This document shows positions 1 to 13,131 of a stretch of 64,000 nucleotides of DNA, one piece after another; positions within the stretch are counted from its first letter, which is position 1; the number at the start of each line of letters is the position of its first letter. Source of the stretch: Octopus vulgaris. Its lineage: Eukaryota. The notes beneath the pieces were generated by a model that did no database searches, was not told the DNA's origin, and saw nothing but the letters and a program-made list of their open reading frames with translations. Location: NCBI GenBank assembly GCA_951406725.2, contig OX597834.1:39060001-39124000 (forward strand), in the 5' to 3' direction. The position numbers and the translations under genes are program-made.

Positions 1-135
1 GAAAACCCATGTATATTGAAGGTAGTCCATTGAAACCAAACATTATTGAGTATATTACATTGAAATTCACCTCTATACAGTATATTCTGTTAAAATCTAC
101 CACTACAGAGAATATTCTATTAAAATCCAATATTT
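1..135. repeat. degenerate ~30-bp tandem repeat (~4 copies)
   Basis: Units ggtagtccattgaaacc.. / tatattacattgaaattc.. / tatattctgttaaaatct.. / aatattctattaaaatcc.. recur at 30-bp spacing. Confidence 0.5.
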
Positions 136-874
136 TATTAACGTCTAGCCAAGCGTTATTTAAAAGCACGGTTTGACAATGGTGTTGATAAATAGAGTGG
201 GTTTGACAATAATAATTGTGATGTCTATTTGGGGGCGTCATATTTGATGTCACGGTTTGACAGTTAAGAAATATACGTATTTATAATTGTGTTTAAAGAT
301 ACATATAGAGAGATATGTATCATATATATTCGCTCGTAAATAGTTTTATACATACGTATATTTGTATCTATTTATGCATATGTAAAGTGTTTTAAATGTA
401 CGCAAATGCTTGAATCGTAAACGTATATTCATGTTCATTAGTTTGTAGTAATTTATGCATATCATTAGGTAAATATACTTAATTAGACATCAAATATATG
501 TATGTATGAGTGTGTGTGTTTATACACACTCGTATCATTTTTAACTGTGTAAAGATACGGAATAAAGAAGTGTAGAGTTATTTTAATCTAAGAAGGAAGT
601 CAGACATTTTTGAAAAAAGCCTTTTCTTGTTGCTGTGCTGGTGGCGGCGGCGGCGGTCGTGGGAATATAAGAACATCTTTGAGGATGTATAACCTAACGT
701 AGATGCAACTTTAGACTGGAATCGAAACCACAACATTAATTATCTCACATTGTTACTTCTGGTCTTTGTATATAAGATGATTAATTTCAAAGTCACATGT
801 GTGGCTCTTACTCGCGCTCTGTCTGTGTGTCCCCCGCTCACTCTCTCTTTCTCTCTCCCTTTCTCTCTATCTCT

Positions 875-920
<46 letters not shown>

Positions 921-1087
921 TTATGTATATATATGTGAATATGTTGTACATTACACAATTCTAAACTGAAGGAAACACGACTGTCCGCTTGTCTATCTAT
1001 TTATCTACCGAGCTAGCTCACTATATATAGACGCACTCACACACAAACACACATATACACATGCTCATATGTATATACATATACTCA

Positions 1088-1137
1088 CATACATACATAC
1101 ATACATACATACATACATACATACATACATACATACA

Positions 1138-1165
<28 letters not shown>
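1088..1165. repeat. (TACA)n microsatellite
   Basis: Directly visible. Confidence 0.95.
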
Positions 1166-1172
<7 letters not shown>

Positions 1173-1494
1173 GTATATATATAAAATAGTTTGAATTGTC
1201 CCAGGCAGGGTTTGAACTCAGAGCATTAAGGTCTAAAATAAACAGATGCCGCAACTTTAATCATTCCACAATTTTTTCATGTCAGAATAGAAAAAAAAAG
1301 TGAGTGGCATCTATTGCTTGTATTAATCAAAAATATATCAGCTGAGTTAGTTTAAAGATATTTGATGCAAATGGCTTCGAAGATATCGAACAGCAACAAT
1401 TACGTTGCTAGAAGACAAACAGAAAGACCGACAGACACAGAGTATTTAAGGTGGTATTGACATGTTTAACGCTGTAACATTAAGCACGGGAGAC

Positions 1495-1540
1495 AACTCT
1501 GGACATGCTTCTGTCTTACTGTGACCTCATCAGTTCAATA
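1495..1540 (-). ncRNA. decayed minimal hammerhead ribozyme motif
   Basis: Minus strand CTGATGA-GGTC-acagtaa-GACA-GAAGC-AT-GTC; two substitutions from CTGATGA-GGTC..GACC-GAAAC-AT-GTC; stem I not recoverable. Confidence 0.45.
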
Positions 1541-1828
1541 TAAATTTGAACGTAACTGGCAACGTAATATTCGAAGAATCATCCAGGACTTGTACAATAA
1601 TGTAAAATTGGTCGACAGAAGAATCCGTGATTCTTTCTGACCGTAAATCTTCATTGTTTTCTTTGGAAATGTATTTTATTTCCGTTAACGTATCGTGAAC
1701 TGAAGCTTTAGACAGTTTCTTTTTTGTTTTCAACAAAATGTGATCACGGTTTTAGTAGATACACGAATGTATCGGTAGGTGTCAGGTCGCTTGTTTACAA
1801 AGTCATCATTTACCATCTCTTCTAACAT

Positions 1829-1851
1829 TACAACAACAACAACAACAACAG

Positions 1852-1924
<73 letters not shown>

Positions 1925-1940
1925 CACCACCACCACCACT
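1829..1940. repeat. compound (ACA)n(CTA)n(CCA)n microsatellite
   Basis: Directly visible. Confidence 0.95.
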
Positions 1941-2060
1941 GATAATGCCTTCATCGCTGCCATTACTAACATAAGGAAATGGGGGGAGTAGCAAGAGCGA
2001 TAATAAGTGAGAAGGAGAGAAGTAAGAAAGTAAAGAAAGAAAGAAAGTAAGAAAGAAAGT

Positions 2061-2091
<31 letters not shown>

Positions 2092-2185
2092 GAAAAAAAG
2101 CAGCAGAAAGAAAATGAGTTTTTAAGTTGTTTTTTCATGTGTGACATCTTCGAAAGAAGCTCGATATCACATATGTGTGCTATAA

Positions 2186-2362
2186 TAGCTCCACCTCGTA
2201 ATATCCTATTTATCCTATGCATATGTTATAATAGCTTCACCTTTTAATATCACATTTATCACGCACGTATATGCCCTAACGGTTTCACCTTACAATAATA
2301 CCGCGTTTATCACACAATAAATAGTTTCACCTTATTGTAACAAATTTATCGCACGTATATAA
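2186..2362. repeat. degenerate ~45-bp tandem repeat (4 copies)
   Basis: atagctccacc / atagcttcacc / acggtttcacc / atagtttcacc, each followed by tttatc, at about 2186, 2231, 2279 and 2320. Confidence 0.6.
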
Positions 2363-2459
2363 TATTTTTTTTATCTTCAAACCTCCCATATTTTGCTTCA
2401 TGTATGTGCAATAATCATATAGTTATATGACTCTCCGTTTATTGCATATTTATGTTGTA

Positions 2460-2665
2460 ATGGTGGACTCTCCTCTCGCAGACGACAAATGCGAGTTTCG
2501 CAGTTTCTTGCTGAGCAATCTTCACGAATGTTTTATTTATAGTGATGAAGTATTTGTGTTGCACTTTAGCTTACTTCCTCCGTCAAATCGACATTGCTTC
2601 TACAGGTATACGGTGTGTGTCACTCGTCAAATGTCAAAGTGATCGCAGAAAAACGTGAAAGAAAA
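2460..2665 (-). mobile_element. SINE family D, 3' part
   Basis: Reverse complement aligns by eye to 46865-47060 (gatcactttgacat..agcaatgtcgatttgacgga..agctaaagtgcaacacaa..agagtcc). Confidence 0.7.
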
Positions 2666-3188
2666 AATATGTTCCTTAACTGGTAATAGGGCAAAAAGAA
2701 AAAAAAAAAGCGTTTGGAAACCTGTATAAATTCTGAGTACCACGGCTGGAATTTTGGTATTCCGGGTTCGATACTAGTCTGCGAATTTCGTTTTACAAAA
2801 GTCAGAACTTTTCAGAAACGTTTCTCTGTAAATATGATCCCGTTTGACCATCCCAGAGATTAACTACGATATCTTTTGATACTCTCCCAGTTAGCTACCT
2901 TTACTGTTATTTGATCCTGGGAATACCGGGCACGGAACGCAATTCCGTCTGTACGTTTCCATTACTGCAACACGCTGCCCTGTTTGCCGTACTCTTCACT
3001 TTGAAATAAGCCATTCTAGACGTATAAAATTTCAGAAGCATATAACTTAAACCCTTTCATACCTGTTAATTAATCTAGCAGTAAGCAATAGAATTTCTTT
3101 TTCAATTAACAGATGGTGAAATCATTCAACTACTACAACATACTAATACTCATCACCACCACCACCACCACCACCAACACCACCACCT

Positions 3189-3221
<33 letters not shown>

Positions 3222-3225
3222 TGAA

Positions 3226-3391
3226 GGCGGCGGGCTGGCAGAATCGTTAGCACGTCGGGCAAAATGCTTAACAGCATTTCGTCCGTCTTTACGTTCTGAG
3301 TTCAAATTCTGCCGAGGTCGACTTTGCCTTTTTTTGTTTCAACTTATGCCCTTCCCTCAAAATTGCTGGTCCTGTGCCAAAATTAGAAACC
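3226..3391 (+). mobile_element. SINE family A, internally deleted
   Basis: Head ggcggcgggctggcagaatcgttagcac, B-box-like gagttcaaattc, tail cctgtgccaaaattagaaac; many homologs in the window. Confidence 0.9.
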
Positions 3392-3451
3392 ATTATCATT
3401 GTTATTGTTGATGTTGTTGTTATTGTTAGTATTAATATTATTACTATTTGG

Positions 3452-3668
3452 CTAAAGTGGCGAGCTGGCAGAATCGTTAGCACATCGGGCGAAATGCTTA
3501 GCAGTATTTCGTCTGCTGTTAGGTTTTGAGTTCGAATTCCACCGAGGTCGACTTTGCCTTTCATCCTTTCGGGGTCGATAAATTAAGTACCAGTTGCGTA
3601 CTGGAGTCGATCTAATCGACTGGCCCCCTTCCGCCAAAATTTCGGGCCTTGTGCCTAGAGTAGAAAAG
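3452..3668 (+). mobile_element. SINE family A, full length with 18-bp TSD
   Basis: tRNA-like head, body gtcgactttgcctttcatcctttcggggtcgataaattaagtacc; TSD aatattattactatttgg at 3434-3451 and 3669-3686. Confidence 0.95.
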
Positions 3669-4194
3669 AATATTATTACTATTTGGTGATGCCACTTAGT
3701 CTAAGATGGTAAGTGTTGAGTTAATGAAGTGTAAGTATCGCCAGTTCCTACGGAAATATTTGCTGATAACCAACTATTTTCATTAAGTGCTTGGATTAAC
3801 TCATAAATCCAAATCCGATTTTTCCTCCATAAGTGTTTTACTCACAACCACTTCTCTGCAACCACTTCTCCTTCTCTCTCTTTCTCTTTCTCTTTCTCTT
3901 TCTCTTTCTCCTTTCATCCCCCTCTTTGCTTGTCTTATTACGAGGTCAATAACCAATCTAGAAATTAATGAGAAATAAAATAATATTAAATTAAATTAAT
4001 TTGATTTAATTTCAGTAACAATATGTGTCGTTATTGTTATTGTTGATGTTGTTTAATTTTCATGGCTGAAAATTAAGCATTTTTAAACTCTAAGGTTATT
4101 TTTCATTCTCCTGTAACATGTTGCTAAGTTTATCTCTCTCCCTCCTCTCTCTTTCTTTGAGACCTCGACATTAGGTAAATAGAGGAATTTATAT

Positions 4195-4289
4195 AAGTAT
4201 AGTAAAGGACAATCAGTAAGTTGTCATAATAGGACTCAGAGTTTCAAATACTGGAGCTAGAGCTAGAGTGAGTAAAATATTTATATCTA

Positions 4290-4336
<47 letters not shown>

Positions 4337-4760
4337 GTAAAATAATATGTGACAATTATTCAATAGCCAAGATAAAACTCTGAGTTTCGGATGCCGAGGT
4401 GGAAATCCACAACATCATCTCTTCAGTTATCTGACCATATAAGAAATTCCCATTCGAAAATAATATGTGACAATTATTCAATAGCCAAGATAAAACTCTG
4501 AGTTTCGGATGCCGAGCTGGAAAAGGACCGCCTAATCCGGTATTATCCATGGCGTTAGAAATAAAAACGTTTCCTGGGAAACCACCAGTTTATTACTAAA
4601 AGTAATAATATAAGAGTAAACAAATAGTGATAACTTATGGCTACAAAGCAATAATTATAGCAAAGAATTGAACTAATTCCAGTAAGGTGATGCATACAAG
4701 CACTCAGCTCTGAGTTGCGCTTCTTCTGATAGCAGAAACAGCTGAAAGCCAATGATTGCA
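4195..4760. mobile_element. cluster of Penelope-like element terminal fragments carrying hammerhead motifs
   Basis: 60-bp exact direct repeat 4339-4398/4457-4516; hammerhead at 4370-4432; half-motifs at 4233-4245 (minus GAAAC-TCTGA-GTC) and 4735-4744 (plus GAAACAGCTG); next to a (TA)n tract. Confidence 0.65.
4370..4432 (-). ncRNA. type I minimal hammerhead ribozyme (Penelope-like)
   Basis: Minus strand AGATAA-CTGAAGA-[GATGATGTTGTGGATTTCCACCTCGGCATCC]-GAAAC-TCAGA-GTT^TTATCT; 6-bp perfect stem I, intact core, near-palindromic stem III ACTC-A-GAGT. Confidence 0.8.
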
Positions 4761-5084
4761 TAATTCCTGTTCCCTCGATATTTCCTTATATACGTGTGGT
4801 GGTGGTGGTGGTGGTGTGTGTGGATAGACACATATTCGCTTGTATATTTATGTATGTGTGTGTGTGAATGCAGGAATGAATATTTGTATACACGCATAAA
4901 TTCTGTGAATGTTCTTTAACTTGTGACATTAGTACAAGATAAGGTTCCTATAACATTACCTTCGGGTCAAACATTTAAACATTTACCAAATCCATATAAT
5001 GCTCTTGTTGCTGTTGTTGTTGCCATTGTTCTTGATGTCAATGGCAACGGTGGTGAAGTGGTGTCGATGGCGGTGGAAACAGTG

Positions 5085-5410
5085 ATGGTGGTGGTGGTGG
5101 TGGTGGTGGTAGTAAGGGTGATGGATGGTGGTGATATTAATGTTGGTGGTGGTAGTGGCTGTGGTAATGGCGGCGGCGCCGGTGGTGGCAATGGCTGTGA
5201 TAGTGGTGGTGGTGGTGGTGGTGGTGGTGGTTGTGGTGGTGGTGGTGGTGATGGTGGTGGATGGTGGTAATATTAATGTTGGTGGTGGTAGTGGCTGTGG
5301 CGATGGCAATGGTTGTGATAGTGGTGGTGGTGGTGGTGGTGGTGGTGGTGGTGGTGGTGGTGGTGGTGGTAGTGGTGGTGGTGATGGTGATGGTGGTGGT
5401 GGCGGTGGTG
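5085..5410. repeat. (GGT)n-rich block with internal ~135-bp duplication
   Basis: atattaatgttggtggtggtagtggctgtgg..ggcaatggytgtgatagtggt occurs twice. Confidence 0.85.
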
Positions 5411-5728
5411 AATGCTATAACGTTTCTCGCGTTGGTGATGTGCTTGACAACTCGTTTCACCGAACTCTTTTAGACGTAACGCGACTCCGCCTTTCTCTCT
5501 CGTTGTTATTGTTACTGTTATCAGGCGGGTATTGCCATGTGCGGAACGGTATTTATAATGTCATTCGGTGGTACCCTGTGTGTTGTGTGTCTGTGTCTAT
5601 GTTTGTGTGTGCGTGTGAGTGTGAGTGTGTGTGTGTATGTGTGTGAGCGGCGCACTTGTGAGCATTTTAGTCAAGTATGCAACGGGTATGTGCACCAATA
5701 TGATAGTATGTGTGTGTGTTTTTTTTTT

Positions 5729-6157
<429 letters not shown>

Positions 6158-6367
6158 CATGCTTATATGTACGAAAGTATTAATGCCGACAAAGATATTA
6201 CGTATATGCGATATGTACTTTGGCGTTCCTTTGCGAAATCACGTATGTTTTTCTGTGTGTGTACATGTGTATGTGCATATGTATATACGCAGATTTGCAT
6301 GTATGTTTGTGCGTGCTCGTATGTGTGTGTATGCATTTGTTTTTTTGTGTTTGTGTACGTTTGTATT

Positions 6368-6404
<37 letters not shown>

Positions 6405-6959
6405 GGGGTGCGTTTGTATGGACGAGAGTGGGGGTACCGTGAATGTACGCGTTCCTTGTGATCTTATCACGAATTTGTGGAGATATTTTGTCTCTGCCAT
6501 TCATCACTCTTTACCTATAGAATCTTCTAAATGTTGCCACCGCCACCGTCTACCCCACCACCACCACCACCACCGCCACCACCACCACCATCATCACTAT
6601 CACCACCAACACCGCCGCTGTCATCGCCATCATCCCCATCACCACAATCTGAAGAACTGACAAATTGATTGCATCAACGAATTTCTAAGCCATGATATTC
6701 TGCATATCACGTATGTTTCTAAAACATGGCGGTGTCTATGGTGATGATGGTGATGATGATGACGTTGATAACAGTGATGGCGGCGATGACGGTATCGATG
6801 ATGATGATGATGATGGTGATGATGATCGATGATGATGATGAGTGATGATGATGACGATGACAACAACAACAACCAAAACGACAACAACGACGCCGAAGAT
6901 AATAACAATGACGACGAAATTATGGCAACTATGATGCTGATGGTCATGATGATGATGGA

Positions 6960-7005
<46 letters not shown>

Positions 7006-7432
7006 GTGATGGTCATGATGATGATGATGATGATGATGATGACGGCAGCTACGACGGCGGCGATGATGACAACGAACCCGTTGTTGTTCTTGTTGTCGCT
7101 GTCTCTCTCGTCGGCTGTATATTAAAACGATTTGACACCCGAACGAGAAAAATCACACAGTTTGCCCCACAAAAGGTGGGGATGTTTTGTCGCTTCCACC
7201 CCACACCGACCGACGTCTCTCATCTTCCAAGTTCAATGCGTGCAAAATCTTAGATATGCGAACACTGATCATTCCACGCATTATGACACACCCATATATA
7301 TCCATATATATATATATGTGTATGTATATGCATGCATGTGTGTATAAACACACACGTATGCATAGACATATATGTACATATGCACACACACATACATATA
7401 TATATATGTATATGTGTGTGTATACATACATA

Positions 7433-7503
<71 letters not shown>

Positions 7504-7619
7504 TGATGGGTAGAAAATGGATAGATGAATTAATAGACCAATATAGAAAGTCAGGTAGAGAGATACATAAACACATCGGCAGCTAGCTAGTAATATAACT
7601 AGATAAAGAAAGAGTGAAA

Positions 7620-7674
7620 GATAGATAGATAGACAGCCAGACAGACCGACAGACAGACAGACAGACAGACAGAC

Positions 7675-7720
<46 letters not shown>

Positions 7721-7746
7721 GTAGATAGATAGATAGATAGATAGAC

Positions 7747-7825
<79 letters not shown>

Positions 7826-7826
7826 C
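7620..7826. repeat. (GATA)n/(GACA)n microsatellite
   Basis: Directly visible. Confidence 0.95.
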
Positions 7827-9158
7827 AAACACACGTTCTTTATAACGAACAAGAATTTAATCAGCACATACAGTTCTAGCCTTAATTTAAGATAGTGCCG
7901 TGTCACAATTCGTAAAACATACAACATGAGTCATACGTAAGTAATAGTACAACTAGAATTGCAGATATGTTGTAAGGGAAGATAGCTGTCGTTGACTTAA
8001 TAGTAACGTTCTAAAACCTAGGTTTATGTTTCCTTTAAGGAAAGCATACGATATCGCTTGTTCTTTCCTGTTTAATATGTCACCAGGTTGAGTCAGAAAC
8101 TGTAGTTTTCCGTTGCACATAGATGACATGGTCATTGTACGCCTTTTACAAAAGTTCCCTATTTTATCGTAAGATTGCATGCTATTCCAGCTTTTATGGG
8201 TAAAATAAACTTTGTTTTTTATTCCCATCCACCCTCCCATACACACACTCACACACATGCACACTCATACCCACAATCTCAAGCGCGCAGAAATGTACAT
8301 GCGCAGATAAAGAAAGTATGAGAGACATTACAATTTATTAATTGTATATAATGAACGTGAACACTTTTCCTCTCTTCATACACATGATGAGAAATATACT
8401 CACACAGAATCAGAATGAAGGATGGAGAGATAGCGAGAGGGGGAGAGATAAATAGAGAGAGGAAGAGAAAATGAAGGAAACAATAAAACAAGCGAAGCAT
8501 TAAAACGTCCGATGTCAAATAAGTCAGCGTCGAATCAGTGACTCCAATTAAACGGCGCCTAAACGCCTACGCCAGAACGTTTCACCTCTTTACATGACTA
8601 CTATTCTTCTTATGGACATTCTCAAAGATAGAAAATGGTAAAAATCACCCACTTAATCAAAATTGCAACTTAGAAAGGGACTTAAGTAAATACCTAGTGG
8701 TATTTACCCAGGCATTTCATGGTAACTGAATGACTACTGTTGCTCTTCTGTCTCTGGAGATAAACAATGATATGATTTAATGGCTGTCTTTAATATTTCA
8801 GGTTGTTTTGAAAGGATTCTGTCTTGTGTTAATTTAATAAACACATTAGAATGAAATTGGTTCCACGTGGTTAGACATATTGAACGTTTGGGAAATAAGA
8901 ACGATGGACAGGGTGTTTAATCAGCATTGGTCTGTATCAGGACAGTCATAGAAGAATAGCCATTATTAGAATCAGGTATGAAGGGATGGTTGTGGTGGTT
9001 GTGGTGGTGGTGGTGGTGTGGTGGGGGATGGGTTAAGGTTTATTATGGAAGCGGTTAGAACAGGTATGGAATCGACTGAGCAGAACGGAAATATTAATAT
9101 AGGGATGAGGGGAGTCGGTGGCGGGATATGCAATGATGATGATGATGATGAAGAAGAA

Positions 9159-9189
<31 letters not shown>

Positions 9190-9714
9190 AAGAAGAAGAA
9201 GGAGAAGGAGAAGGAGAAGGAGAAGGAGAAGGAGAAGAAAAGGAAGAGGAAGAAGAAAAGGAAGAGGAAGAGGAAGGGAGGATTATTCTATCCCGAGTTA
9301 ATAGTTTTAATTAATTTCTGTTCTAGAAATCGATCGATATTATGTGTTGTAAAACGATCGAACAGTTTTATTGATATCAACCTGCAAACTTAGTGAATTA
9401 AAAAAAAAAAAAACTACAAAATACATGTAAAAACAAACAAACAAAAAAGTAAAAACGAAAAAAATATAAAACCTTTTTGTCAGATTGAAGGAACGTTCCA
9501 GAAAGTTGTCAGAGATGGTTTTTCAATAAAATATCCTAATTAATTCTTAGTTTAATTAAATGCGGTTAATCTTGTTACGTTGTCTTTGATTATTTGTTTT
9601 AATTAAGTAGGTAATGTATCTTTGTCTATGCAACAGAATTATATGGTGTGTTCTTTTTTTTTTTTTAATCTTCTTTGACGGTAAGAAAATTAAAATTAGT
9701 AATCTAGTTATCTT

Positions 9715-10330
9715 CATGCTGTTGTTGATGATGATGATGACGGCGACAATGACGATGATACGGGTGATAGTGGTGGTAGTGGTTGTGGCGATGAAGATGA
9801 TGATGACGACGACGACGACGATGATAATGATGATGATGACGAAGATAATGATGATGAGGAGAAGGAGAAGGAGGATGACTTCGGAGGCGATGATGTCGAT
9901 AGTAACGATGATGAAGATGATGATGACGACGACGACGACGACGATGATGATGATGATGTTGTTGTTGTTGTTGATGATGATGACGATGACGGCGACGGCG
10001 ACGACGACAATGATGATGATACGGGTGATAGTGGTGGTAGTGGTGGTGGTGATAAAGATGATGACGACGACGATGATAATGATGATGATGAAGATGATGA
10101 TGATGATGATAAGAGCGATAGCGGTGGTGATGATAATGATGATGATGAGGAGGTGGAGGAGAAGGAGGATGACTTCGGTGGTGATGATGTCGATAGTAAC
10201 GATGATGAAGATGATGATTTTGACGACGATGATGATGATGATGACCACGATGAAGATGAAGCTGATGACAATGATGACAACGATGGCGACGATGACTGAC
10301 GACAACGACGACGCCATTGATGACAAGGAT
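9715..10330. repeat. (GAT)/(GAC)-rich block made of two diverged tandem copies
   Basis: Anchors gatacgggtgatagtggtggtagtgg (~9756, ~10017) and gaggatgacttcgg..gtcgatagtaacgatgatgaag (~9872, ~10165) each occur twice. Confidence 0.85.
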
Positions 10331-11334
10331 GATAATAAATCCGATCCTTAAACGTAAAAACCGACTTAAATCCCTTATCCAGGTTCCCACCTGTCTTTCT
10401 GATACGGCAGATCGAAAGAGACCCCCCCCACCGACCACTATGTAATATTATACGTTAGTTCGCTATTTGTATCACTCAGAATCAATAGAATTGATGTGTA
10501 AGTGATTGGCCACGGAGGTATTGGTAAATAGATGCATAAAGACGAACCGTATCGATAGTAATTAATTATAAGCATGTAGCATGTTTCCGAATCAATCATT
10601 AGCAAAACCAATCATTAAAACTACCCTGAGTAGGTCAATAAGTCAATAAAAACATTTCATCTGTTCGCACCGCTTTGAAGTAGTTTAGCATTAAAGCTAA
10701 TAAGGTTAGCACTAAACCACTGAGCTTTCCCCTTAAACTGAGCATTTGATGACTTTTTAATGGCCCCCTGTAACAACGTTATGACTCTTACGATCTTGCT
10801 GGTCTCTTGAAAGCGATCCTTTTAACTACTTCCGAGTCGTTATTGAAGTATTTCCAAAATGGTTATTATGCGTTCATGAATTTGTTGTTGGAGTTTATGT
10901 AATTGTACCAGCGAGTACCATATTCCCTGTTGAGACCATCGAAACCGATACACTGTAAAGTAGTGGGAGGGATGAAGGAAATGAGGGAATGAAGTTCATA
11001 TTCTCTTTCACCAAAAATGGTTAGGTTCAATGGCTTTTGAGAGAACCGAAGTATCTTTCTGTTGATTTAACTCTGTAAAGGGAGATTGTTTTTGATGCTT
11101 CGGGTTAAATATACAAAAGAAATTTAAGAGAATTTGAAAGTATATGTACACTGCCGGTTTTTGTGAGGATTTCAAAAACTAAAAGATCGCAAAAATCTCG
11201 ATGATTATATTGAAGAAGCAAAACCTTTCTAATTTAAGCGTAGTGTAATTAAAACTCGCGGTTGTTTATTATAAAAGATAAAAGCGTCGATAACGTTCTG
11301 TATTAAAGGATATTATATAAAATATGTATAAATA

Positions 11335-11560
11335 GGTGCAGGCGTGGCTGTGTGGTAAGAGGCTTGCTTCCCAGTCACATGGTTCCATGTTCGGTCCCAC
11401 TGCGTGGCACCTTGGGCAAGTGTCTTCTACTATAGGCTCAAGCTAACCAAAGCCTTGTGAGTGGATTTGGTAAGCAGAAACTGTGTGTGTCTTTGTGTCT
11501 GTATTTGTCTTTCCCCCAACACACGTGACAGCTGGTGTTGGTATGTTTAGGTCCCCGAAG
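11335..11560 (+). mobile_element. SINE family B (CORE-like, octopus OR-type), partial
   Basis: ggtgcaggcgtggctgtgtggtaag head; ccttgggcaagtgtcttc resembles the CORE domain; about 9 copies in the window. Confidence 0.9.
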
Positions 11561-11589
11561 CTCGATAGATGGATTTTACCTCGAATTCA

Positions 11590-12945
11590 AAGACACAACC
11601 TTGTCATTCTGTCTTTCTATATTTTTCTGTAACCTTCCGCATCTCTTTGTATAATTCAACTTCTTTTTGTACCATTCCGTGCTATTTCTATTGTTTTGCA
11701 TTTTTCTAAATTTTTTTTTCCTATCTTACTATGCCTTAACTATGTGGAGGCACATGGCTAGTGGTTAGAGCAACGGACTCGCGGTCGAGGGATCGCGGGT
11801 TTGAATTTCAGACCGGGCGATGTATGTTCATGAGCGAAACACCTAAGCTCCACGCAGCTCCGGCAGAAGGTAATGGCGAACTTCTGCTGACCCTTTTGCC
11901 ACAACTTTCTCTCACTCTTTCCTCCTGCATCTTCCAGCTCACCTGCGACGGACCGGCGCCCCGTCCAGGTGGGGAACCTATACGCCAAGGAAACCGGGAA
12001 ACCGGCCTTTATGAGCCAGGCATGGCTCGAGAAGGAATAGACATGCCTTAACTACGTCCTTCTGTCTCTTTCTGAGTCCTTTTGAGGCTTTTTAACGTGT
12101 CTGTACCTTTCGGTACCTTTCTAGGTCCCTTTGTGTCCTCTACTGCAAACCTGTCCTTTTCTAAGTCTTTCTATGTTTATTTTCTGAATCTTTTTGCATC
12201 TTACTATATCTTTCTGGGACTTCTTGTACATTTCTAAGTCTTTCAGTACCTTTCTTAAGTCATTTTTTATCTTTCTATATCGCCTTGTATCACTTTGTAC
12301 CATTTTGTGTCTGTCTATGTCTTTCTGGCCCATTTTGAAATTTCCTCCATCTTTCTTGGTATTATTTTGTGTCTTTCTGCGTCATTTTACATTTTTCTAC
12401 ATATTTTCTTTATACTTTTTCTTTGTCATTTTGTACCTTTTTCTATCTTTCTCACTCTGCTTGCATCTTTCTATGACTTTTCGTGTCTTTCTGAGTCTTT
12501 TGTATCTTTTTACGTCATCTGGTGTCTTCCTACATCTTTTTCTGCCTTCCTACATCTTTTAATGTCTTTCTACGCCTTTCATTATGTCTTTCTATATCTG
12601 TTTCTCTCTTCCTGCTTCTTCCTGCGTATTTCTGTCTCTTTCTCTGTCTTTCTATATCTCTTTGTATTTTTCAGAATCTGTTTGTGTCTTTCTATGCCTA
12701 ATTGAATCTTTCTTCATCTATTTGTATTTTTCCGTGTCTTGCTAAGTCTCTTTGTATCTTTCTATACGTTTTTTTCTATCCTTCTTTGTCTATTTTGTAA
12801 TGTTTTTATATCATTCTGTGTCGTTCAGTCGCTTTTCCCACCTTTTCTAGTCTTTCTATGTCGTTCTTTGTATCTCAGCGCCATTTTGTATCTTCTACGT
12901 TTTTCTATATTTATTTTACGCCTTTTTGTATCTCTTTTGAATTTT
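11590..12945. repeat. pyrimidine-rich degenerate ~10-bp minisatellite / low-complexity tract
   Basis: Recurrent tttgtatctt/ttctgtctct/tctatatct units, strongly strand-skewed; interrupted by a SINE at 11743-12042. Confidence 0.7.
11743..12042 (+). mobile_element. SINE family C head with alternative tail, TSD-flanked
   Basis: tRNA-like head tggctagtggttagagcaacggactcgcggtc..gtttgaatt; TSD atgccttaacta at 11731-11742 and 12043-12054. Confidence 0.92.
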
Positions 12946-13031
12946 GAATGTTTTCAACTAAATATAATTATTTGTTATTTATTTTTTAAAATTCAACTTC
13001 ATTTTAGCATTATTGTGTTTGAATTTGTGTC

Positions 13032-13076
<45 letters not shown>

Positions 13077-13091
13077 ATATACATATATGTG

Positions 13092-13131
<40 letters not shown>

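Noticed and set aside
2186-4516. CRISPR-like repeat/spacer reading of the 45-bp and 60-bp repeats
   Set aside because: Eukaryotic context, few or degenerate copies, no cas genes
10393-10425. gtctttctgatacgg..gatcgaaagagac hairpin resembling a hammerhead
   Set aside because: CTGATAC is not the catalytic box and there is no cleavage triplet
9556-10438. 240-256 aa ORFs in several frames on both strands
   Set aside because: Duplicated trinucleotide block that is open in most frames by composition
11743-11820. tRNA genes at SINE heads (also 38945-39018 and 55467-55535)
   Set aside because: They continue into SINE bodies, two with TSDs; cloverleafs are imperfect
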